From Camelus dromedarius (Eukaryota), in NCBI RefSeq assembly GCF_036321535.1, contig NC_087437.1, forward strand, positions 11,596,001-11,660,000: a DNA stretch of 64,000 nucleotides, read 5' to 3'. Positions 40,316-51,066 of the stretch are shown in pieces. The notes below the pieces were generated by a model that had not been told where the DNA came from, made no database searches, and saw only the letters and a program-made list of their open reading frames with translations. Within the stretch, counting starts at the first letter, position 1. Each line of letters begins with the position of its first letter. The position numbers and the translations under genes were made by a program.

Positions 40316-42994
40316 TTAGAGTGTCTGACTGTCATGATGGAAAGGCTACAACACGCTTTCTGGAACAGAAGCCAGGTCCCTGGGTCCTAATTCCAGGCTC
40401 TCCTGACTTGCCATTTTGGAAAAGATACTTAAGTTCACAGCAGAGCTCAGTTTCTCACTCAGTAAAAATAGTGCTGCCCAAGGAGAGCTGCCAGTACATA
40501 AAGTCTCCCAAGTCCCTTGAAATTAGGACAGTAAGGACCACACGGTAGCAGCGTTAAACATGGATCGCTAGTCTAGCGGTCAGCTGGCCCGGTTCCCGAG
40601 AGGAGAATATGGAAATCTATGACTCGTGACTCAGTGATTTGGATATTCTCCGTCCTCCCCACTTGCTTAAATGCCACCATTGACTAACACGTTGGGAACT
40701 TAAGGCGGAGAGCGAATATCCTTCATCAGAGACTCGCCGGCCTACACATATTCAACCCCGCAGCATGCAGGTCCCAAGAGAATCCTGGGTGAATCCTACT
40801 GCGATTTACACTGATACACGTGGGCGACAAGCAGCACAGAACAATCACCTCCTCAGATCAAAAGAACTTTGTGTCATCTAGGGGGCAACATGGGGGGCCC
40901 CAGGAGGCACGGCCATTCCATCACCGTGCAGACTATTTCAGAATCCTTTTGCATTAATAAAGGCATATTGTCTCAGAGGTCACTAGGCTACATGCTGAGA
41001 TGCAAAACAACTAGCAAAGCCAGCACAGAGTACGTACACACATTTTTGTAGACTGAAGGAGGAATCAAATCAAGGGATCAAAATGACTTGAAATCCAGCA
41101 CGGAGTTAACCTGCCATCTATTGCTTAACTAGCTCGCACACTAGAACAAGCCCTTCTGGCAAAATGTTCAGCCGTGTTGTGTACATGTAATCCAGGAAGC
41201 AAACATTTACTGTGGGCAAAACTAAGTCAGAAGATGACACTTAATGCAGTATCAGAAAAGAAAGAGATGCACCTCCCTTCTCCTCCTCCCATTCACTCTT
41301 CCAAGGAGCACTCCCCTGTGCCCAGGTGTCAAGGTCTTTGCTAGGTGCTAGGAGTCCAGGATGAACAAAGCCACGGCCCATCATCACGGTTTAGAGGGGA
41401 AGACAGAAACGAAACCAAAACAGACAAACAAACTGCCCTGCAGGGTGATCACTACACAGTCTAAAGCACAAAGCATTGAGGCCACCGGTTCAGAGAGGTT
41501 GAAGGCCATGAGGTCATTTTCAAGTACCTGGCTGTCCTCGGTCCTCTCCAACTGCTCCAGTTCAAAGCTTGGCTGAGACACTGGATATTTGAGAAAGTCA
41601 GCCTACAGAACATGTTAACCATTCATTCCTCTAGGTTTGCTGAGCTCTATTTCTGCCCTGGGGACAGCGTCCAGAATCTCCACCGCTGGGCCGTGGTAGC
41701 TCAGGCCCTAAAGGTAAAGTCCCACTGGGTGACTTTCCATTATTATGCCTTCTGCCTTTTTCTTCCTCAAGGTTTGATAACACTTGACCATATAAAGAAC
41801 TTTACTTCGTTTTCTGTAGAAATGAAGTTCAAGTATTGGCCATTATATGATTTGACATTTCATAGGAGTTTATACTAGTTGCCAGGCACCATTGCAAGCT
41901 CTCTACAAATGTTACCTGATTTATCCTACAACTTCAATGCACACCTGCCACCTCCAGTCCCCCTTTTTTTCTGTTAACTTGGCTACTGAGAAGCTCAGAG
42001 CTAAATTAGATCCTGAAAAGCAATAAGCACTTATGATTTCAGTTAAATTATCTTTACTCCTCCATAAGATTTTAGTCTTTCTTCCTTTCCCATTTTTACC
42101 AGTCTCATCATTTTGTGTGATTTTTCCTATGCATTTAACTGAGACACATTTCTGGAAGTCAATACTCTCTAAACAAAACCAAATTACCACAATCATCAAT
42201 TGTAATTTCCTTTTCATCTCAATTGCCAAAAGCAATTCCATGAATAGCTAATTTGAATATGACCCCTGGTGTATTCTCACCCCGGTCACTTGAAAACTCA
42301 GACAGTGCAGTATTTCCCACAAGCCTCTGGTTCAGAATCTGTTTATAAATGTGCAGGAAGGGAAAAGGGGAGTGGTTGAATGACTTAAGTTACACATGGG
42401 GTAACCACCAGCTTATTTCCTAAGCTACTACCAAGGGATATTTCTATCTTGCATCGGGTCCCCACAGTTTCATCTTGCTCCTTCCCCAACGGCCACTTCT
42501 GTTGACCAGCTATACTACCCCACGCCCTTGGTCCCCTCAGGGCTGCCAAGGCCAGAGGCACTGCCAGAACCTGCTGAGTGAGAAGGCATTGCTGTCATCC
42601 AGTGATGTCTGTTGCCTGGAATTTCACTCTCAGCACTGACAATGCCTCTGGAACTCACAAAGATTCTGCTGAAACCCAGAGAGTTGAAGGTCAATGTCTT
42701 TAGGGATTCAAGGTAAATCAAGGTAACACGTAAGACAAACAGTTGCTGAGGCTTTCCATGTACTCAAGGCAAATGTCCCCAGGAAGAAGTTGCAGAATAA
42801 CTCTGCACTGTCACTACATAAAATGGGACTAGCTTTCATGTTAAAAAAAAAAAAAAAGGAGAGAGAGATAACAAGTGAACCATATATACATGGCACACAC
42901 ACACCTACACACAGGCGCAGATCTTGGCAATCCCAGTGGGTACCCACTTAGTTGTATAGTCAGGTATTTTTGGAAACACAATGTTCGGGCACAA

Positions 42995-43280
42995 CTATTC
43001 ATTTATTCAACAAATATTTATCCAGCACCTACTGTGTGCCAAGCACTGTTCAGGATGCTAGACAATCAAGAGTGAACAAGGCAGTCAAGACTCTTTCTCA
43101 CGGGCTCTGTATCCTAGACAGGGGAGACAGGTACTTAAGAAGCCATCAATTGAAATGAACAATTCAGATTGCAAGTAAGATCAAGGAAGGGGGAAACAAG
43201 GAAATGGAAAACGATGTGATGGTTCTGAGAGGGAATGAGAGACTGCCTTTGCTCAAAAGGTCAGGGAAGCGCTTTTTAAA
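42995..43280 (-). mobile_element. L2 3' end
   Basis: attcatttattcaacaaatattta..gcacctactgtgtgccaagcactgtt..gtgaacaagg. Confidence 0.75.
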
Positions 43281-45613
43281 AGGTAACACATAATCTTACA
43301 ATAAAATGACAAAAAGGAGCTCAAGAAATCAATCACTTTTACTCTGATTTCCACCAAAAAGATAAGCTTACTAAAAAAAGAAATGTGCAATCCCATTTCT
43401 GGTTCCACATACCCCAAGCTTCAAACAACTGCAAAAATCCCAGACAAGGAAAGGGACCCACAATTTTCTCTGCTATTAAGAAAATTTTAAGAAACTGCCT
43501 TCCCCCAAAGATGGTACATTAAAAGGAAGTTGTCTTAATTCTTCTCAATAGTAGAATTTGCTACACAGCATTTAAAGGGGGGGAAATGGAACATTTATTT
43601 CTCTTTCAAAGTCAGTTATAAAACAATATGTCGATGTCGATAAAATTATGCCTTTGCATTGTAATGCCAACAGGAATTGCTTCATTAAAGAAATAGTCTG
43701 TGGCTATATTCAGTAGCATTTACTTGCACTTGCTGAGAGAGAAAGGCAAATCATATGTACTAGCTGATGATACCACTTCCAATATATAAGAAAACTTCGA
43801 AATTCTTTAAAAACGAGATTCTCATAGTATCTGTTTAACGTGCACAAATATTAAGTGGCTGTTCACCAATGCCTTCTCCTCTCATACTCCAGACAAATCA
43901 CTTAGTATTGAATTTCTGTTAGAGTCAATTAAAACACTTAGCCAACTGGCATGAAAACTCCTGAAAACACCCCTTGATCAAAATAACTTTCATCAAAACA
44001 CTTTTTTCTTTAAGGTTTCCTAGCCCCTATCTTGTTTCAGAATAAGAGAGTTTAACAGAAGTCAATGAGAAGGCAGAGTAGTCACCATGAATATTCAGAA
44101 TGAATCATGGGATATTTTGACTAGAATGTAATTTATATTACCTTGTAATCTATTGCGTGCTATATATTATTGCAATGTAAATAAGCATAGTAAACTAAAA
44201 GAAGGCCAAATAATATAAAGATGTTGCCCCAAAGGTTTACGTTTATCAGTATTAGAAGTTGCTGTTTTCTGTTATTAATAACACTGTCCAAGGAATGCTT
44301 AATTTTTTGAACCTTATAACAGGTCTTTAAAACTGACTAGCACCAGTAACACGCTAAGAGAAAGACTTCGTTTCATTTATTTACTGATTAAACTTAGTGT
44401 TCGAATCATCACAAATTCTAAATGTGTGCTGAGAGGGGGAGGGTGGAGAGTCTGAGCTCCTCTGTTCAGGTAAACTCTTTTTCTTTGACTTGCTTTACGA
44501 ATTGTTATGCTTCGAGACCCTTCCTTTAAAATTTCCAATTTGGGGAAAATTGTACATTTAACTTTCAATAAATTAAAAAAACCTCACCCACTCCCATTAA
44601 AACAGATCAGAAGGCTTAAGAGTCAGCACTAATAACGACCTACAATGGTCACTGGGAAATCCTCCTGCAAAATGACAACTGCAGCTGAGAAGGACCAAAT
44701 CCACCGGGAGCAAAAACTCCCCTCAGTGAGTCCTGCTCCGAGGGGTGGCGGGGGTGAGATGCGGAGCGCCCAGCTGGCACAACTCCTGGGATCAGAACCA
44801 ACTCGAGTCGGCCCAGGGGAAGATGCTGCGTCAAGAGAAGCGAAGCAAGAAGCGCGACCCGGAGGCGAGCGAAACCGCCACCGATGCCCCGAGGAGGCGG
44901 GGAGAAGCCGAGTCGCCAGGCACTGGCGACGGCGCACGCAACACGCAGGATTATTCTCCTCTCCCAGCGCGGAGTTCCGGGGCAGGAGAACAGGGGGATG
45001 AGGGGCCCACAGTCCCTTTAAACCGCCTCCCCCCACCCGCCCCAGCCCCAGTGCCTGCCAACCTTTTCCGAACCCTCGTGTCACAGAACTTCCTCATCAT
45101 GGAAACTTCCACTCGGTTCGGCGCTGAGGATGCCAAACTCCATTTCACAAGGAGGCTGTCAATAGCCTGGCTCTGGGTTTGAGGCACACGGCCGCCCCAG
45201 CCACCCGGCTCTACCGCTGCCCACGCCGTGGCTCCCCGAGCGGTGTCCGAGCGGAGAGGAGGGCACCTCCTCTCAGAGCTGGGGCGCGAGCCCCGGGAGG
45301 CAGGTACTCTGGCGGCTGACACCCCACCCACCCAGCCACCCACCCACGCTCGCCCGCCCGCCCGCGCGCGCGCCCGCCCGGCGTCGCCGCTCGCACCCCT
45401 CGGGGTTCCCGCGACATCCTGTCGCCCTCCCGCCCACCCTCTGGACTCCGGGGACTCTCGCCCCCTCCCCCCGCACCCCCGCCTCCGCGCCGTCCTTCGC
45501 CAAATTACCGGTGCCCTCGAGCCGGCCGGGTCGGGCGCCCCTGCCCGGGGAAGGCAGCCTGCGGGCGCTGCCCGAGCCCGGGAGCAGAAGGTCTCCTTCG
45601 CCAGCGCACTCAC

Positions 45614-45633
45614 ATTATTCATGCAAAGTTAAT
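45614..45633 (+). promoter_or_regulatory. POU/octamer-like site in exon 1 (ATTATTCATGCAAAGTTAAT)
   Basis: ATGCAAAG (7/8 octamer match, 45621-45628) overlaps a Pit-1-type WWTATNCAT (45614-45622). AT-rich patch within the CpG island. Confidence 0.5.
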
Positions 45634-45821
45634 CCCCGCCGCGTCACGGCCGCCCGCCCGAGGATGTGCGCCTTCCTTGGCCAAGCCCCGCAGTCTCCAC
45701 CCTCCTCCGCCCCCTCCTCCCGGCGGCGGGGTCCAGGGGAGCGCCGGCGACGGGACGTCGCGCGAGTCCTGCAAAATGTCAACTCCCCGGGCGAAGAGAG
45801 GCGGCCGCAGCCAGGGCCGCA
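45614..45821 (-). other. THRB: THRB non-coding exon 1 (shortest form; can extend to alternative donors at 45509 or 45477)
   Basis: Ends AAT|gtgagt (GT at 45613-45612). Further donor-like sites CCG|gtaatt (GT 45508-45507) and GGG|gtgcgg (GT 45476-45475). 5' end inferred from TATA position. Confidence 0.7.
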
Positions 45822-45843
45822 CCGGCCCGCCGGGGCCGCTGCA

Positions 45844-45851
45844 CTTTTATA
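45844..45851 (-). promoter_or_regulatory. TATA box (TATAAAAG) with BREu-like CTGCGCC immediately upstream
   Basis: Plus strand cttttata at 45844-45851 is an isolated AT-rich motif in extreme GC context, just upstream of exon 1. Confidence 0.8.
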
Positions 45852-45886
45852 GGCGCAGGAAGCGAGCGCGGCCCGGGCACCCGAGT

Positions 45887-45926
45887 CCCCGCCTCTCGGG
45901 CCCGCGCGCCCGGCCCGGCCCGCCCC
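45887..45926 (-). promoter_or_regulatory. GC boxes (Sp/KLF)
   Basis: GGGGCGGGCC (45926-45917) and GAGGCGGGG (45895-45887) within 80 bp upstream of TATA. Confidence 0.6.
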
Positions 45927-45992
45927 GGCCCGCTCCCGGGCGCTGCCTTCCCCCGGCCCCGGCGCCCGCGCCGCGGCGCGTCTGCCAGCCGG

Positions 45993-46008
45993 TGACCTGG
46001 TTTCCCCT
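45993..46008 (-). promoter_or_regulatory. DR4-type thyroid hormone response element AGGGGA-aacc-AGGTCA
   Basis: Plus strand tgacct-ggtt-tcccct, ~170-190 bp upstream of the inferred TSS. A proximal autoregulatory TRE is known for the human TRbeta1 promoter (recalled). Confidence 0.65.
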
Positions 46009-48889
46009 TCGGCCCGCCAGGCGGTCCGACTCGCGCGGCGGCGGCCAGGAGCAGGCCAGCCGGGCTCCGCCAGGGGCGCCGTGAGGAAATGGCCTCCCGG
46101 CCGCGCGCCCCGCCGCCGCTGCCCCGGCCGCCCGCCGGCCCCGACGCCCCAGCCCGGCTCCCACCCGGCGCTCGGACGCGCCCGCGGCTGCGAGCCCGCG
46201 CCCCCTACCCCGCGCGCCCCACCTCCCCCCCGCGCCGGCCAGCTCGCCGCCTCCGCACCTGCCGCCCCAGGTGCGGGAGCTCCCCCTCGTCCCCGTCCCA
46301 GCTGTGCCCTCCACCCAGGGAGTGGAGGTGTCGCGGCGGTTTTGGTGGCCGCGCGTCCACCCACCCGGCTGTGTGCGCACGGAGGTTCGGGCGCGGGCGT
46401 CATTCCTCTAGTAGGCAAAGAGGGAGGAATGGGGGACGAGGGACAGGGGGCTGGGGAGGAGGTGACTTCCAGAAGCACGGGCTTCTCTTCGCCCGCGCCG
46501 CCGCTCTCCTCCCTCCTTCTCCGAATCACTTGTGGCGCGTGTCGGGCCGACGCGGCACTCTGGCTCCTCTTGGGGCCTCGCACCCGCCGGTTGTCCGGCG
46601 TTGCCAACTATCGCCACCCCACCCCCCACCCCCTGGAATGGAAATTTGGAAAATACCTGGCGTAGGCTGAAGGGAAATACACCACCACACCACCCTGCAC
46701 ATCCTGGGAGGTGTGCGCAGGGTGGAGACCCTCCACAGGTTGCAGAAGGGCCGCTCTATTAATTTGTCTCTGCCCTGGATTTGTACAGCGAAAACCCGGA
46801 AGACAAAAATAATTTATACTCCTGAGAAGTTCTGCCCCAGGCAAACATGAACTTCTAAAATCCCTCTCCCACCGCCCCACCCCCGCTCCAGTCCTGAATG
46901 CCAAGGGTTCAGGCTGGAGAAAAGGAAGCAGGCTGTCGCGTTCTGGGCTAGAAGCATGCGTGTGAAAATACTGGATACCCAGAAAACTAAAATGTAGTCC
47001 GCACGAAGCTATAGTTCTAAGCAAACTATTTTGACGACGGAGTACAATGATTCTCTTAAAGATAATATTAAAATAATTCCGACTTCATTATTCAATATAC
47101 ACATTTATTTAGTATAACAAAGAGTTTTGATAGAGCTAGGGCTTTTAGCCTTAACTGTCTGAACAATGAATAAATGATTTATTGGGGAGTTTTCTAGATT
47201 TCCAGCCGGTGACGTGTTTTATTCCCGCTTTTCTGAGAGTCCAAGGGAAAGGGACCAGAAGCCTACTGACAGCATTAAGGACCACAATTGTTAAGAATCC
47301 AGAAACTGCCCTGAGTTTGGGTGCCGTATTTCAGCGCACGTCCAGAGGGGAAGTCGCAGACCCCAAGCCTCCAGGGCGAGAGGGAGGGACCTTTCCTTTC
47401 AGACTCCACCAAACCTATTTCCCCTCAGTCCTTGGCCGTAAATCCGTGCTTTCTTCTTCACTCACACACAGGCTGCACCCGAGGACTTTCAGGTTTTGTA
47501 GCTGGAGCGAAGTTGTTCTCCTTTTGCAGGGAAGTTCCTGGGCTTGGCTCCAAAGCTGCCCGGGATGTTTTGGTTGCTCCGGAGGAAAGCTGTGGAGTCT
47601 GCACCGTTTGTTCTAAACAGGCGGCCCCCTGGTGGCTCGCTGTGGGTGAAAAGCTGGCCACTGAGGGAAAAGCCTGCCCAGACGGGTCACCACAGTGGAC
47701 AGCCGGTCATCTCAGGGGCCATGGAGCCACTTAAAACAACTTTGTAAGGAGGGGAGATGGGTGTGGGCGGGGGCAGTGATGCCAGTCTTCCTTCACCAAG
47801 GTGGAGGAAAGGCCTCAATCCGCTGGAACTCCTCAGTTTTTTCTGTTCCTGAGATTAAGTTGGACCTAAATTCCTTCTTAAGTAGGAAACATCATACAGA
47901 GAATGAAGTATAGCAAAAACTGTTGCTTCCCTTTGTTCAAGTGGCTTTGTTTTTCTGATCTCATTTTGCCTGGAAACATCTGAAATAGAGAGTAGATTAA
48001 AGCTAAATAAACAACATGGCATTATTCAAACAGTTCATGAAACAATATTGTATAACAATAAGGGAGGGCAATTGTAATGCAGCGTTATTGAAACAACATG
48101 AACTACTAGGACTGTGTTTGAATCGGCCCTCTGAGGGCAGTCTTACAGGCTGCATGATGGTGGAGAAGGGTTACCAACAGAACGCACCACTTACTTTTCT
48201 AATTTTACACAATGGAGGAAAACTGATTGAAGGCAGAAAATAATATTCAAGCTTTAGAGCGTATGGCCCCGTGTTCCGACCTCGCTGATCTGAGAGGCCA
48301 CACCAAAGCTGTTTTCATGACCCATGGTCACATTTCACCATAGCCATTGTCATTAGCAGGGTCTACAGGTTTCAAGCGGTTCAAGGAAGCAATTCATTCA
48401 TATACTCATTTATTCATCAGTTCTGGGGTAAGGAGATAAATAAAGCAGAGGCTCCCACAGGGCTGGGGTTACACTGAAGCCAATGAGGCTGGCGGTGCAA
48501 GTCCAGGGTCCAAGCTGCTATTTATTTAAAGTTTTGACACATTGTTCATCATGGATCATTGTTGCATTCATTTTGATCTTGAAAATATGGCATTACATTA
48601 TAATTTCTCAATTAGCGAGTCTTTTGGTGTTCTCTAAAATTCGGCACTCAAGGCAAATGCCTTATTAGCCTTGTCCTCCTCTTCCCTCTGCTGTGGCGTT
48701 AGTGTTATGAGTCTAATTAGAGAAGTAAAATTCATTTAGAATTTTATTAATGTTGAAGATAATTACTATATACTAAGGAACTTGAATTCAGGGAGTTAGA
48801 GGTGTAGATATGAAGGGAGGGGAAAAAATTGGGAGATTTTACCAAATGAAGTTGCTCTTAAACCAGTTCATTAAAGATGGACCAGATTC

Positions 48890-49359
48890 TGTTGCCAAAA
48901 CATGGCCTCGATATCCCACTTATCCAGCTGAGACTTGAGGACAGAGTTTTGGAAGGCGTAGAAAAAGCAGCTTTATTTCTTTGCCAGGCAAAGGCGGTCC
49001 CAGTGGGCTACTGCCTCTAAGACTGTGAGCCTGCTGGGGATAGAAGGCAGCGGGTTTTATAGTAAAAGTTCAAGAGTTCAAGGGGAGGAGCTAATTTCCA
49101 TAGAAGTCACATACAGGATAACAAATTGTTGCAAAATTGTTCTTGTTTTTGCAGATACAGTGGTCCCCTTCCCTCTGTTGGGTATGAAGTTCACCTCCGG
49201 CTTTGGGACTCTCTTAATATTCTTGTACCTAGAACAAAGGGTGCATAGGAAGGGGCTCCGTGCAAAAGAGCTCTAGAGAAAAACTTGTGCAGTTTAAAGT
49301 CAGGCTGATAAATGCTTTTAGCCCTTTAATTAGGCTGAGGCCTGGGTCCTCCTGCTTCA
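48890..49359 (-). mobile_element. Solo ERV LTR (class I-like); upstream boundary uncertain
   Basis: Reverse complement TGAAGCAGG...CTATAAAA (TATA ~49060-49053)...AATAAA (48977-48972)...TTGGCAACA. No clear TSD found. Confidence 0.65.
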
Positions 49360-50077
49360 GGCTGAGGCCTGCAGCTGGAACAACAGGATGCAAGGAAACC
49401 ACAAGAGGTCAAGAGGAGGGCACTGGGGTCAAGAGCAAGGCACTGAGCATGATCCCTGTTCAGAGCATCACGACGGGTTGAGCAGACCATTCAAGCCTCC
49501 CTCCTCGCCAGCCCAACCCTGGTCTGCAAGAGCAGGAGACAAACCCTTTCAACCATGATACAGTTAGGCAGGTACAAGCACCATTGCAGGGATCAGATGG
49601 TCACCAATGATGACACAGGGTCCCGCTCAGTTACAGCTCTACCAGGGAGTGTCGGAATTGGGGGCGGTACCACCCCAGGGACTGGAACCACTGGTATACT
49701 TTCATTCATTCAACAACTACTTCTCAAGCTAACTGTGCAACCGAAGGACCCAGCCCTGGAGCTTCTGGCTCTATCTGTCCTTTGTTAGTTCCTGGAATTT
49801 ATTTGGCTCTGAGGGCCCCAGTGACTCTGGTCCATGGCCAGCCAAATAAGAATGCCAAGTCTGTCCCTGCCCTTCAGAGGAAAGACAGTCTATTAGAGGA
49901 TATGACATGTCCAACATTAACTCTAAGAGTGAAGGTGCAATGAGAAATGTATAAATATAAATTGCTGGCTAATTGCTGGTGAGGAGGCCACAACAGCCCA
50001 GGAAGAATGGGGGCATCAGGTAAGATCTTCTACAGGAGGCACCTAGGGAGAAGCTGGAGAATAGAGAAGATGCTACT

Positions 50078-51066
50078 GGCTGTATTATTAAAGGGCCAAA
50101 TGAAAAATGAAAATGCAGTGTCCTTTATTCAAAAAGTAGGGGGGGAAATGTACCACTAAAGATGCAAAATATAAAGCTATCTCCTTTCTTCCATATTCTC
50201 TCTTTGGAATGGTTATGATCTTTTAAATTTGCTATTTAATATCATTCTAAGTAAAGAAAAAGAAACATTTTAAATTATTAGCATCCATTTTACTGTTCAT
50301 CTTTAGATTATGCAGTGTTAGTTTTAACTGAAAATATGAGAGCATTTAACCCATTGCAAAATCGACACAATTACACAATCTGTGTTTTCTAGCAAGTTAA
50401 GTGCATGTATACTTTGTAGTTTGCATATACAGTTGTGTTTCATTCTTACCAGAACAGTGGAAACCCAGCACAAAAGCAACTCAGTGCTTTTACTTACTTC
50501 TTGATACGTGCTGATTCTCCCTACGCTCTGTCTTTGACTTACTGTTGAGTAAGGAAGAACTGAAAGGAAAAGGACCTGCGGGTGGCCCTCTCCTCCTATG
50601 TCATCATGTTCAGAGTAAATGGCTACCTAATACAGAGAAGGAAAATAAGGGAGAAAGGACATGATATGGTTTCTTGGTTTTTACCTTTTCTGGTTGGGGT
50701 GGAAAGTGTGGCCTCTTGAGGTGGTCCCACTTAGTGGTAATACAACACACTTCCCTTGTGCCTGATTTGAGTTCTGCTGACCTCTCATACATGGTGGGGC
50801 CATCAGAATTCTGTGCTCAAGGGACACAGAGAAGGCCAGATGTGAGTGGAGAAGGGAAGAACTCAGTGGACACATGCATTGGATGCATCTCCTCTGCTCA
50901 TGCACGTGTTCCATTGCCCCATCGGACTTCACTTACAAAATACAAGTTCAAAGATAAAATGACTAGCAGTTTCAAGAGAGTAAAAAGAGTGTTAAACTAA
51001 GTGCCAGGGCCTGAGCATGGGGCCCCGTGTGGCTACACAAATCGCATGCCCATGAAACTGGCCGGG
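50078..51066 (-). mobile_element. MER45B/C-like hAT-Tip100 element
   Basis: Reverse complement ggccagtttcatgggcatgcg..ggccccatgctcag..ttttatctttgaacttgtattttgtaagtgaagtccgatgg; other end gggcc.aatgaaaaatgaaaatgc. Confidence 0.8.

Larger units (their letters stand above)
1..45821 (-). other. THRB: 5' end of thyroid hormone receptor beta gene (non-coding first exon and proximal first intron); no coding exons in window
   Basis: Minus-strand sequence GGCGCACATCCTCGGGCGGGCGGCCGTGACGCGGCGGGGATTAACTTTGCATGAATAATGTGAGTGCGC...GCAGGCTGCCTTCCCCGGGCAGGGGCGC...GGTAATTTGGC (45673-45499) closely matches the human TRbeta1 5'UTR as recalled. It lies in a CpG island with a TATA box and DR4. TSS estimated ~30 nt downstream of TATA. 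Confidence 0.85.
44740..46620. promoter_or_regulatory. THRB: CpG island / THRB (TRbeta1) promoter
   Basis: Very GC-rich, CpG-dense block contrasting with CpG-depleted flanks; boundaries judged by eye. Confidence 0.95.

Noticed and set aside
41487..41516. DR3/DR1/DR2-like half-site run
   Set aside because: Resembles the degenerate MIR core (cagagaggtt..aggtca); weak half-sites.
46722..46736. Inverted repeat GTGGAG-acc-CTCCAC near where a distal TRE might lie
   Set aside because: Arms are not AGGTCA-like and only 6 bp long.
44629..46762. Many long overlapping ORFs (up to 330 aa) on both strands
   Set aside because: Ala/Arg/Gly/Pro-rich products expected from stop-codon scarcity in a CpG island; no recognisable domain.
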